Below, piece by piece: positions 22,335 to 32,682 of a stretch of DNA of 64,000 nt; position 1 is the stretch's first letter; every line of letters begins with the position of its first letter. The position numbers and the translations under genes were made by a program. The notes beneath the pieces were generated by a model. That model was not told the DNA's origin. It was given only the letters and a program-made list of their open reading frames with translations, and made no database searches. Location of the stretch: the NCBI GenBank assembly GCA_963717525.1, contig OY970343.1, positions 800,001 through 864,000 of the forward strand. Direction: 5' to 3'. The DNA is from an uncultured Methanoregulaceae archaeon. Its GTDB lineage: Archaea; Halobacteriota; Methanomicrobia; Methanomicrobiales; Methanospirillaceae.

Positions 22335-23297
22335 ATGAAATATGATATTATTGCGTTTTCCGATGTGCACCTTGGAATACATGTCAAAAAAGAGCAAGAG
22401 TATTGCAAGTGGGGCGCCTTTCTGAAAATAATGCATCTCTGGAAGGAAGATATAACAGACGCGGCTGCCTTTTGTGAATTTGTAAAAGCTCTCTCAGAGG
22501 AACCTCCTAAAAATCTGGTAATTTTGGGGGATCTTCTGGAATTCTGGAGGAAAACTAACCATGAGGTTCTTTGTAGAAATCATAAGGTTCTCAAGGCTCT
22601 TTTTTCGTTAAACTGTAAAATCTATTACGTCGTAGGAAATCACGATTATCTTATCTACGAACTTGCGCAAAAATATAAGAAAAATTTCCAAAAAGGCGGA
22701 GATATCGAATTTTGTAAAGATATCAGACTGATGAGCGGCAGGGAATATATCTTTTTTACTCATGGTTATGATTTGGATGTGCAGATCAATTATGAAATGA
22801 TGGGAATCGAAATGTACGAATCTTTCGCTGCTGTCCAGTGTCGTGCAACCAATAGTCTCGGAGGATTAGTCTCGACTCTTTGGAATGGAAAAACCTGGTT
22901 AACTTTAAACTTTCATAAATTATGGAGAAAGATCTCTATAGTATGTGGAATATCAGATAAAAATCATAAAGATGAGGATGATATGATTAAAAACATCACA
23001 ATTTCTGGATTGGCCCATTTGTTCTGTGGTGCTCAACCGGGTGATCTTTTGGTTTTTGGGCATACACATCGGCCATTTATTGATCACGACCATGTTGTGG
23101 CAAACACCGGTTCGTGGTGTGAAGATATCGAGTCACTATGCAAAGAAAGAGTGCAGGGGATTACCCATACGGGCTCCCTTTGCGAAGACATCGATCCAAA
23201 AGACAACAATGAAGTGAAATACAACAATAGAACTTATGTAACGATAAACAATGGAATAATGGAATTGAAAACTTTCGTTAAAGGCAAACCCCTTTAA
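22335..23297 (+). CDS. Calcineurin-like metallophosphoesterase (LpxH-like), AT-rich
   Basis: SDVHLG, LGDLLE, GNHD, THG, GHTH and NTGSW motifs. Confidence 0.88.
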   Translation: MKYDIIAFSDVHLGIHVKKEQEYCKWGAFLKIMHLWKEDITDAAAFCEFVKALSEEPPKNLVILGDLLEFWRKTNHEVLCRNHKVLKALFSLNCKIYYVVGNHDYLIYELAQKYKKNFQKGGDIEFCKDIRLMSGREYIFFTHGYDLDVQINYEMMGIEMYESFAAVQCRATNSLGGLVSTLWNGKTWLTLNFHKLWRKISIVCGISDKNHKDEDDMIKNITISGLAHLFCGAQPGDLLVFGHTHRPFIDHDHVVANTGSWCEDIESLCKERVQGITHTGSLCEDIDPKDNNEVKYNNRTYVTINNGIMELKTFVKGKPL

Positions 23298-23760
23298 CAT
23301 TTCAAAACTGTCTTGAGGTAATATAGTTTTATTTTCTGATTTTTTAAAAACTTCCTTGTTCGGAGCAGTTTTTAGAAACTTTCCGCGTCCAAATTTTTTC
23401 AAGAAATCTCTCAAAACGATCTGTTCTTAAACGCTCTTACTACTAGAAATTGTAATTTATCGATCTTTCCTCCGGCATTCTGGTGGTTTAACGTTCATTA
23501 TACCCTCATGATTTTTTTCCCAGATTGCTGGCACGTTATGCAGATTTAGCCTAAATTTTGCAATAGTTATCCTATGAAATACACGTCAACTGACCACAAA
23601 CATATGTATGCAATTTGCCGCGCACACGTCAAACAGACGAATGACAATAACAACACTAGCAGGTTATCGGCTGGCAATACTGGCCGGCATGTGAAAGAAT
23701 GTTGCCTGATAAAATGAATATTTATATAGATAAATAATGAATTAACGCTTAAAATATCTG

Positions 23761-24378
23761 ATGGTGGAATATATGGGCACAATGCGGGTTGTAACTGAAA
23801 ATGAAAATGCGGCGCATGATGAACTGATTGCAAAAGTGAATGCTTCTTCAAATCTTTCCGATGAGGAAAAAAAGGCTATAACGGAATCTCCCAATGCACC
23901 TAAAGACACTGACGGAATGCTCAGTGCATTATCAAAACTGATTCCGGTTCCTGTTATGACGGTGTATACCCTGCTTGATGGAACTTTCAGGTCACTTAGC
24001 CCGGTTCCGACATTGGGCTGGCTTTGTTTTTTCATTGTATGTTGTTTCTTCACGGTCTGGATAACTTGGGCATTTACTGAAGGTCCAAAGATCGAAATGA
24101 TGCCCATTTCACATTGGTCGAAAAAGTATGCTGAAAAAAACGACCCGATTGCAGAATATCTTAAAACCTGGAACGATAACATCAGAAACCAAAGACTGAA
24201 ACAGACAGTTGTTGTGATGATCGCATTTATCGCGTATGTAATGGCTATCGGAGGTCCTTTCCCAACACTATATACCATTGCACCATGGGCTGTATGGCAG
24301 GGTTATTACGGAACTGTGGCACTCGGTATAGTTACGTTAATAGTTTACGTTATGCTCCCCAAGACGAGCACACAATAA
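23761..24378 (+). CDS. Hypothetical 4-TM membrane protein, AT-rich
   Basis: Open 205 aa; LSKLIP...Y and AF.AYVMAIGGPF segments; four hydrophobic stretches. Confidence 0.75.
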   Translation: MVEYMGTMRVVTENENAAHDELIAKVNASSNLSDEEKKAITESPNAPKDTDGMLSALSKLIPVPVMTVYTLLDGTFRSLSPVPTLGWLCFFIVCCFFTVWITWAFTEGPKIEMMPISHWSKKYAEKNDPIAEYLKTWNDNIRNQRLKQTVVVMIAFIAYVMAIGGPFPTLYTIAPWAVWQGYYGTVALGIVTLIVYVMLPKTSTQ

Positions 24379-24831
24379 TCATTTTTCAATCGCCTTCCAG
24401 TTGCAGGGGATAAAGAGTTTGCAGTTGCGGACCGGAGAGGATAGCCCGGGATCCGACGGGCAGACGATCATGATGATGGGGCTGATCCCCCTGTATCCCC
24501 AACGAGCGAGGATTGCCGCCGCTCCCACAGGGGCGCCCCTTCGGCGGAATTAAGAAAGAATCAACCGCACTTTGCCCAGCGAGGGCCTGGCGCGGCGCCC
24601 GAGCGACTCCCTGAGCAGCAGGGAGGGGGGAGGAATCGCGTTCTTCGGCTGCTCGCGTGATCTCTCGCGGGAGATGAAAGGAACCCTGAAAGAATACCCA
24701 AACTGTATCTGGTGGAGCACTATCCTGCACAACCCGGACCAGGGACCCGAAGGAGACAGAATCATCCGGGAAAATCCGAAATTGAAAAAAATAGGAAGGC
24801 ATTAATACAAAATTCAGAGAACTCATTGTTA

Positions 24832-25596
24832 ATGTTCGAAACCCCCTTTTACGATAAGATTCAGATCGAAGATTTATTGGCGAGAAATCGAGATCTTAAG
24901 AGGGGCCGTGCAAGTGTAATTATTGGGATAATTGCTATAATTGTTGCATTATGGGCAATCATAGGAGCAGTGACAGCCCCGATACTTGCTCCGACTAATT
25001 ATGAGAGCATTTGTCCAAATGTCAACTTCTCGGAAGCACATTCATGGATAATTATTCCTGTTAATGCTACTAACGAAACCTCATGGATTAGAACACCAGC
25101 AATGGATTTTGAAAAAAATGTTTCAAATGAAACGCGATGCGGTGAAACCTCCTGCTATTTTACCCCCAACGAAGGAGCAATAGATTATTTATTATATAAC
25201 AATTCTTTTGATTTGCTGTTGTTTTTAGGGAGTGCGCTAACTATTTTATTATTGGTTATATTTAGGAGAATTATATGGCTAAATTACAAGGAAGAACGGA
25301 AAAACATTCAATTATTACAGAAATTGAATTTTCAGCCGTACAATAGCGAAATCATCGAAGGTGAAGGAAACTATAGTTGGATATTTTTAGTAATAGGGAT
25401 TTTCTGGATTCCAGCCGCTATGGGCTTAACTAAAATAATTAATATACCGAATTTTAATCTTCCTTTCTTTCCTAATTCACATTTTATATGTGCCGCGAGC
25501 ATTCCTAATTCTACGTTTTGGGTGCTTTTAGGTTTAGGAGAGGTAATAATTATATTTTCATGGTTATTTGAAAAATTTTCTCCAAAGAAAGGTTAA
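24832..25596 (+). CDS. Hypothetical membrane protein with a sequon-rich extracellular loop, AT-rich
   Basis: ATG at 24832 lies about 25 nt after TTAATA; about four TM segments; many N-x-S/T sites. Confidence 0.7.
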   Translation: MFETPFYDKIQIEDLLARNRDLKRGRASVIIGIIAIIVALWAIIGAVTAPILAPTNYESICPNVNFSEAHSWIIIPVNATNETSWIRTPAMDFEKNVSNETRCGETSCYFTPNEGAIDYLLYNNSFDLLLFLGSALTILLLVIFRRIIWLNYKEERKNIQLLQKLNFQPYNSEIIEGEGNYSWIFLVIGIFWIPAAMGLTKIINIPNFNLPFFPNSHFICAASIPNSTFWVLLGLGEVIIIFSWLFEKFSPKKG

Positions 25597-25724
25597 TTCT
25601 TTTTTCATTTCGCTGAACAATAAGGCAAAATATTACGCGCTTACAACGTGAAAAGAGGTACGCCCCGGCCGGGACTTTAATCAAGAATAAAAGAAGCGCA
25701 GCGCCTCTCCCATCGAGGCAATTA

Positions 25725-25796
25725 TGCGCCGACCGGGACTCGAACCCGGGTTTAGGCGTTGGCAACGCCTAGTGATAACCACTACACTATCGGCGC
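25725..25796 (-). tRNA. tRNA-Gly (GCC), no intron, CCA not encoded
   Basis: GCGCCGATAGTGTAGTGGTTATCACTAGGCGTTGCCAACGCCTAAACCCGGGTTCGAGTCCCGGTCGGCGCA folds as a cloverleaf with anticodon GCC. Confidence 0.97.
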
Positions 25797-26007
25797 AGTG
25801 TGCTTTAAAGTGTGGGCACTTATAGAATTTAAGTATATCGACCTTTGGGGCGCGAAACAGGCGTATTTACCGGCCGCTCTCCCCGTATGACAGGGCAGAC
25901 CGGTCCTGGCCTTTCTCAATCCTGCCACCCGGTCCGTGAGGCATCCCGCAGCTGCCGGATGCAAATGCCATATCTTAAAGTAACGCAATCGCTCTATCTA
26001 TTGATCA

Positions 26008-26634
26008 ATGATTCCTCTCTTCGTGGAGTGCGCGGGAAAACGGGTGGTCATCTTCGGAGGAGGGGAAGTGGCCGCACGGAAGGCCGGGCATTTCGCACGG
26101 GAGGCTGACGTCCTTGTGGTCAGCAGGACATTCACCCCGTCGTGCCGTTCGCTGCCGGTCCATCTCCAGACGCTCGATACCCGGGCCGCGACGGACGCGG
26201 AGCTCGGGCTGCTCATCGCACCCGCGTTCCTCGTGATCGGTGCGCTTTCCGAGCGGTCCGAGAACGACCGGATCGGTGCGCTCTGCCGGGATCACGGTGT
26301 GCTCTTCAACAACGCGGACGGGACTCCCGGCGACGTGGTCATCCCGGCCATTTCGACCGGGGAGTTTTACACGGTTGCGGTCAGCACGGGAAGCAGGAGC
26401 CCTGCGGTCTCCCGGTTTATCCGGCAGGAGATTGAGAAGAATTACCCGGCGCTCGATGCCATGATCGCGCTCCAGCACCGGCTGCGTGAGACCCTGAAAG
26501 AGCGCATGACCACGCCGGAGGAGCGCCGGAGGATACTCTGGGCGGTGCTCCGCGACAAGGCGGTCTGGACACTCCTCTCCGATTCACCGGACCGGGCGTG
26601 GGAACGCGTGAGCGGGCGGTATCTCCATGAATAA
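26008..26634 (+). CDS. sirC: Precorrin-2 dehydrogenase (SirC/CysG N-terminal type)
   Basis: IFGGGEVAARK, NNAD and VAVSTGSRSP motifs; first gene of the hem operon. Confidence 0.88.
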   Translation: MIPLFVECAGKRVVIFGGGEVAARKAGHFAREADVLVVSRTFTPSCRSLPVHLQTLDTRAATDAELGLLIAPAFLVIGALSERSENDRIGALCRDHGVLFNNADGTPGDVVIPAISTGEFYTVAVSTGSRSPAVSRFIRQEIEKNYPALDAMIALQHRLRETLKERMTTPEERRRILWAVLRDKAVWTLLSDSPDRAWERVSGRYLHE

Positions 26635-27913
26635 GCATACCTCACGGATCGCCATTGCCGGTGTCAGCCACCATACCGCGGACGTGATGGCACTCGAAGC
26701 CTTCCGGTTCGGGGACGAGCCTGCGTTCCTTGCCGCTGCACAGAAAAAATTCCACGGTGTTCTCCTCCTCCAGACCTGCAACCGGGTAGAGGTGATTGTC
26801 GAAGGTGATGCCGGTTCGCTCCGGGAGTTCCTTGAAGAGCACGGGAGGAAGGGTTTTTTCCTGCTCGAAGGCCGGGAGGCGCTCCACCACCTCCTCTCGC
26901 TTGCCGCCGGCATCGAATCGATGATCGTAGGCGAGGACCAGATTATCGGCCAGCTGAAAAAAGCCCTTGCCGATGGCGAGGCCGCCGGAACCGCAAGTAC
27001 GTTCCTTGCGCTCTGCATCAACAAGGCCGTCCACGTAGGCATTGGCGTCCGCAAAAACACCCGTATCAACAGGGGGGCGGTCTCAGTAGGTTCTGCCGCT
27101 GTGCTTCTCGCCGAATCAGAGATCGGGACTCTTGAGGGCCGGCACATCCTTGTCGTCGGGAGCGGCGAGATGGGGCTCCTTGTGGCCCAGGCACTCGCCG
27201 CAAAGCAGCTGACCGCGATGTATGTGGCGAACCGCACTTTCGGCCGGGCGGTCAAGCTCGCGGAGAAGATCGGCGGAAAGGCGGTCCGGATGAACGAACT
27301 GTACCGCTATATCACACTCTCGGATGTGGTGATCTCCTGCACATCTGCGCCCCACCCGGTCATCCACCGGCAGCCGTTGAAAGAGGCGATGCTGGCCCGG
27401 TGCTGGCCGGTCGAGGGTCATCCCCGCCCCCTCATCATAGTCGATATTGCCCAGCCCCGGGATGTCGAGGAGGGTGCCGGTGCCATCGATGGCGTCCGGC
27501 TCTTTACGATAGATGACCTCCGGCAGGTCAACGAGCAAACCATGAGCACCCGCCGGGCCGAAGCGGAACGGGCGGCGGCGTATGTCAACGACGAACTGGA
27601 ACTCTTCATCCGCCAGCTGCACCGGAAATCTGCCGATGACTGCATCGCTGCACTGCATACCTGGGCGGAGGCCGTGCGGTTGCGCGAACGGGACAAGGCG
27701 CTTGCACGGCTTGCCAGTGCGGATGACCGGACCATCGAAGTGATCGATGATCTCTCCCGGGTGCTCACCAAAAAGATCCTTACTGACGCGACCGCATCGA
27801 TCCGGACCTGCGCCGAGGAGGGCGATCGCAGCACGGCAGAAGCGCTGGTGCAGGCCCTGATCCGGGGGACGACGGTAAATGACCCTCTCGAACACCCGGA
27901 GACACCGGAGTAA
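26627..27913 (+). CDS. hemA: Glutamyl-tRNA reductase
   Basis: TCNRVE, SMIVGEDQI, GSGEMG and DIAQPRDV motifs. Confidence 0.97.
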   Translation: MNKHTSRIAIAGVSHHTADVMALEAFRFGDEPAFLAAAQKKFHGVLLLQTCNRVEVIVEGDAGSLREFLEEHGRKGFFLLEGREALHHLLSLAAGIESMIVGEDQIIGQLKKALADGEAAGTASTFLALCINKAVHVGIGVRKNTRINRGAVSVGSAAVLLAESEIGTLEGRHILVVGSGEMGLLVAQALAAKQLTAMYVANRTFGRAVKLAEKIGGKAVRMNELYRYITLSDVVISCTSAPHPVIHRQPLKEAMLARCWPVEGHPRPLIIVDIAQPRDVEEGAGAIDGVRLFTIDDLRQVNEQTMSTRRAEAERAAAYVNDELELFIRQLHRKSADDCIAALHTWAEAVRLRERDKALARLASADDRTIEVIDDLSRVLTKKILTDATASIRTCAEEGDRSTAEALVQALIRGTTVNDPLEHPETPE

Positions 27914-28010
27914 GGGACTGGCCCCTGTCGCCAGCTGGTCCGGGCCGGGTTTCCTGAATGTGGTTTACATAAAAGAATCTTAAAAAGAAGAATACGCCGG
28001 GCGCTCTTTC

Positions 28011-28676
28011 TCACCCGAGTTTTGCGTAGGCAGCCTCTGCAAGTGTTTTAAGGGTATCGTACTGCGAACCGGGTCCGGTCATCCTGAGCACTTCAAGGAT
28101 CTCACCTTTTGCAAAGATCACTTCAATATACCCTTCTGCCGGGGCTGATGTTCCCGATCCTGACGAGAGCGCTGAGAGACCCCCGGCTGTTGTGGAAGCA
28201 GGGGTCGTGTTCACGGCAGTGGCTGATAGTGCACGTGTATCAGGCCCTGTTGCTGGCAGCGGCAGGCCGGAGAAGGCAAGGTCCGCCTGCTGCTGCTCGC
28301 CCGCGTCCACGAGAGAGACAATGGATGACATATTCTTTGCATCATAGATCGTGATGGTCTGGGTGATCGAAGTTGATCCTGCAGTACCGTTCCCAGATGA
28401 GGCATAGGTGGCAACGTAGCCCTCCTGCCACCCGAGATCTTTTGCTAAAGAGCTCATTTCATCGGCAGATTTCTGCCGGCCGGACTGTTGTGTAAAACCA
28501 GCGGGAAGATCAGCCGGGGCGAGCGCGAGCGGGGCAAGCGATATGTTTACTGTAGTGGCATTGGTGACCGGTGCAGGTGTAATATTCCCCGGTGTACCGG
28601 GTGTGGATGTACATCCGGCGCACAGGAGAACAACGCAGAAGGTAACAGCGAGAATGAAGAATGCGAATCTTTGCAT
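28011..28676 (-). CDS. Putative lipoprotein
   Basis: MQRFAFFILAVTFCVVLLCAGC lipobox followed by a T/P-rich segment; start at 28676. Confidence 0.75.
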   Translation of the reverse strand: MQRFAFFILAVTFCVVLLCAGCTSTPGTPGNITPAPVTNATTVNISLAPLALAPADLPAGFTQQSGRQKSADEMSSLAKDLGWQEGYVATYASSGNGTAGSTSITQTITIYDAKNMSSIVSLVDAGEQQQADLAFSGLPLPATGPDTRALSATAVNTTPASTTAGGLSALSSGSGTSAPAEGYIEVIFAKGEILEVLRMTGPGSQYDTLKTLAEAAYAKLG

Positions 28677-28818
28677 ATGGAATGGTAAAACCGGAAACGG
28701 GATATAGGTTGCCGCTCTTTTTCGCTCCATCGGGAATGGATGGCGGTGCCCATATAATATAATCATAAATACCTTGCACCAGCAATCTCTTATCATCAAC
28801 GTCCAAGGTGTGGTGCCC

Positions 28819-29798
28819 GTGTTCCTTCAGCGACGCATGAGGCGGGTTCGTTCCCGCACTATCCAGCCTCTTTTGTGTGAGACGATCCTGACTAGAAATG
28901 ACCTCGTTGCCCCGCTTTTTGTGGATGAAACGGCAGGGGCCCCGGTGCCCATCGGGTCCATGCCCGGGCAGTCACGGTACCCGATCGATGGGATCGCGGC
29001 GGTTGCCGGTAAATTCTGGGAGCATGGCATCAGGGCGGTCCTCCTTTTCGGCGTCCCGGCTCACAAGGACGAGGCGGCAACCAGCGCCTACGACCCCGGA
29101 GGGGTTGTGCAGCAGGCTGTACCGGAAGATCAAGACCGCATACCCGGGCATGGTGGTCATCACGGACGTCTGTGCCTGCGAGTACACGAGCCACGGCCAC
29201 TGCGGGATTGTCGGTGACAGCCGTTGCGGGGGACAGGATCTCTTAAACGATGAGTCCCTTCTCCTCATGAATAAAATTGCTGTCAGCCACGCGGAGGCTG
29301 GCGCCGATATCGTTGCCCCGTCCTGCATGCTCGACGGCATGGTCAGGTCGATCAGGACGGCACTTGACGAGGACGGATATGAAGAGGTGCTGATCCTGTC
29401 GGTACTCAACCAAGTTTTCCTCCGCACTGTACGGCCCGTTCCGGGAAGCGGCAGAGTCCGGGTACTCGTTTGGCGACCGCACCACCTACCAGATGAACCC
29501 GGCAAATGGCCGTGAGGCGTTCCTCGAATCACAACTCGATATGGAGGAGGGGGCCGATATCCTTATGGTCAAACCGGCAGGGCCCTACCTCGATGTCCTT
29601 GCCGAGATCGCAACGCTTGGTCTTCCTGTGGCCGCGTTTCAGGTGAGCGGGGAATATGCCATGATAAAAGCCGCAGCGGAACGCGGCTGGATAAAAGAGA
29701 AAGAGACTGTCATCGAGATGCTCACCTGCATCAAGAGAGCCGGGGCCGATCTCATCATCACCTATTTTGCGTATGATGCCTGCGGGTGGCTTGAATGA
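28819..29798 (+). CDS. hemB: Porphobilinogen synthase; two apparent frameshifts (about 29123 and 29401)
   Basis: [30 protein letters not shown] (after repair), MVKPA and QVSGEYAM motifs. Confidence 0.95.
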
Positions 29799-31041
29799 AG
29801 AGTGCCGACCTCTTCTCGCAGGCACAGGGACTGATGCCTGGCGGTGTCTCAAGTCCGGTCCGGGCGATCAAGCCTTACCCGTTTTATACAGAACACGCGG
29901 AAGGTGCACACCTCACTACGGTTGATGGCACAAACCTTGTCGACTGTTGCATGGCCTACGGCCCCCTCCTCCTCGGCCACGCCCACCCGGAGATTAAAAA
30001 GGCGATCGCCGCCCAGCTCGAAAAGGGCTGGCTCTACGGGACGCCGACCCCGTACGAACCGGAGTTTGCCCGGCTCATCACCGGGGACCACCCGGGCATG
30101 GATATGGCCAGGTTTGTATCCAGCGGATCGGAGGCGACCATGGCCGCGATCCGGCTCGCCCGGGGTTTTACCGGCAAGTCCGACATCATCAAGATCGAGG
30201 GCGGTTTCCACGGTGCCCATGACGCGGTCCTCGTGAAGGCAGGATCGGGAGCGACGACGATGGGCGTTCCCGACTCGGCGGGCGTGCTCCCGGCGCTTGT
30301 CGCCCACACCCGGCAGCTCCCCTACAACGATGCGGAGGCGCTTGAATCGATGCTCGCATCGCACCATGACATAGCCGCCCTCATTATAGAACCAGTACTT
30401 GGGAACATCGGGCCGGTCCTCCCGGAGCAGGGTACTTCAAAGACATCCGGGAGATTACGAGCGCCTATGGCGTCCTGTTGATCTTCGACGAAGTAATTAC
30501 CGGCTACCGGCTCGGCATCGGCGGAGCGCAGAAGATGTTTGGTGTCAGGCCCGATCTCACCACGTTCGGGAAGATCATCGGCGGCGGTCTTCCGATCGGC
30601 GCATTCTGCGGGAGAAAAGAGATCATGTCGCTTGTGGCACCGCAGGGGCCGGTCTACCAGGCCGGAACCTTCTCGGGCAACCCGCTCTCCCTAGCCGCCG
30701 GGATCGCAACCGTCCGCTGGCTGCACAACCATCCGGCTATCTACCCGGATCTTGCCGAGAAGGTCAGGGCCATCGAAGAGTCGCTGGGAACAGGTAAAAA
30801 TGCTGGCGGGTCATTTGTCCGGATTGGCTCGATGTTCAAGTACTTCTTCCGGAACAAGCCCCCTCAGAACTACATCGAGGTTAAAGAGTGCGATACGACT
30901 GCCTTTTTTGCATTCTGGCAGAAGATGCTCGCACGCGGGATCTTCCTCCCGCCCTCACAGTTCGAGACAAACTTCCTCTCCGCTGCACATACCAAAAAAG
31001 ATCTTGAAGCTATTACCGGGGGGTACGCAGCATGTCTCTGA
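29795..31041 (+). CDS. hemL: Glutamate-1-semialdehyde 2,1-aminomutase; apparent frameshift at about 30431
   Basis: [31 protein letters not shown] and QAGTFSGNP motifs. Confidence 0.95.
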
Positions 31042-31915
31042 AGGTCGGGACCCGGGGCAGCAGGCTTGCGCTCGCACAGACCGCGACGGTCATAAAAAAG
31101 ATCCAGGCCCTCGGTATCGAAGTCGAACAGAAGATCATCAGCACGCAGGGTGACGAGGTCACGGGTGTCCCCCTTCACGCAATCGGAAAACAGGGCGTCT
31201 TTGTCCGGGCGCTCGACGATGCGATCCTGAGGGGCGAGATCGACTGCGCTGTGCACAGCATGAAGGACATTCCCGCGATACGGCCCTCGGGCCTTATCAC
31301 CTCCGCGATCCTCACCCGCGACTCTCCTGCCGATTTCCTTGCCTTTTCCGGCCCGGTCTCTGCGGTCAGGATCATCGGCACATCGAGCACCCGGCGCCGG
31401 GCCAGCTCCTGCGCCACGACCCGTCTCTCGAGATCAAAGACCTTAGGGGCAATGTGGACACAAGGGTAAGGAAACTGAGTGAAGGCCATTACAACGCAAT
31501 TGTCCTTGCCGAGGCCGGCCTCTCACGGCTGGGCATCCGGATCCCGGGCGAGCGGCTCCCCCCGGAGAAATTCGTTCCCACCCCAAATCAGGGGACGATT
31601 GCGGTGGTGAGCCGGGCCGATCCCTCGATTATGGAAGTACTCGCAAGCATCGATCACCCGGCGACGAGGAAAGACGTCGCGATTGAACGGGCCGTGATGG
31701 AACAGGTAGGGGCCGGCTGCTTCACCCCCATGGGAATCTACTGCCGGGACGGCAACCTGATCGCCGAAGTCCTCTCACTTGATGGAAAACGGACAGAACG
31801 CATAGAAAAGAAGATCGGGACACTTGAAGAGGCCCGGACAGAGGGCAGTGCCCTGCGGGTGCGGGCCGGTACCCTGATCGCGGATGCATACCATACTCTG
31901 GGGATTTCCTTATGA
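31032..31915 (+). CDS. hemC: Hydroxymethylbilane synthase; apparent frameshift at about 31403
   Basis: [21 protein letters not shown] and (after repair) LRGNVDTR motifs. Confidence 0.95.
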
Positions 31916-32682
31916 CGGGCATGGTCTATCTTGTGGGCTCCGGCCCGGGCGGTACGGGGCTCCTCACGCAGCGGGCAGCCGACATGATCGAAACGGCGGA
32001 TGTTATTTTCTACGACCAGCTGCCCGGCGAGGAGATCCTTATGTCCCTCCCCAAAAAAGCCGAGAAGATCGACTGCGGGAAGTACGGTGGCCACCATACT
32101 CTCGAACAGCGCGAGATCGAGGCCCTGATGATAGACCGGGCAAAAAAAGGCCTGACAATTGTCCGGCTCAAGGGAGGTGACCCGTTCCTCTTCGGACGCG
32201 GGGGGGAGGAACTGGAGGCGGTCCGGGCCGCCGGCATCGCAGTCGAGATGGTGCCGGGGATCTCCAGCGCGCTTGCGGTCCCCGCCTCGGTGGGGATCCC
32301 GGTCACGCACCGGAAGTATGCCTCGCAGGTGACCATCCTGACCGGCCACGAGGACCCTGCAAAACCCTCATCAGCGCTTGACTGGAAACTGCTCGCACAG
32401 GGCCGGGGTACGATCGTGATCCTGATGGGAGTGGCAAATCTTACAAACATTGCCCGGGCCCTCGTTGATCACGGCAAAAACCCGGAAACGCCGGTCGCCA
32501 TTATTGAACGTGGATTGCGGAAAGGCCGCCGGGTCACCACAGGCCCGCTCACAGAGATCGGGGAGATGGCCAAAAATGCCGGCGTGAAGCCGCCCGCAGT
32601 GATCGTGATCGGTGACGTGGTCCGGTTATACGATCCCGGACAACCGGACCTCATCCCGCCTGAGGTGACAGAAGATGCTTGA
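31912..32682 (+). CDS. cobA: Uroporphyrinogen-III C-methyltransferase (SUMT)
   Basis: VYLVGSGPG, RLKGGDPFLFGRGGEE and GIPVTHR motifs. Confidence 0.95.
   Translation: MTGMVYLVGSGPGGTGLLTQRAADMIETADVIFYDQLPGEEILMSLPKKAEKIDCGKYGGHHTLEQREIEALMIDRAKKGLTIVRLKGGDPFLFGRGGEELEAVRAAGIAVEMVPGISSALAVPASVGIPVTHRKYASQVTILTGHEDPAKPSSALDWKLLAQGRGTIVILMGVANLTNIARALVDHGKNPETPVAIIERGLRKGRRVTTGPLTEIGEMAKNAGVKPPAVIVIGDVVRLYDPGQPDLIPPEVTEDA

Noticed and set aside
21757..25650. Integron-like cassette array
   Set aside because: The genes are co-oriented with palindromic spacers, but I found no RYYYAAC/GTTRRRY attC pairs, the spacers are not similar to each other, and there is no integrase.
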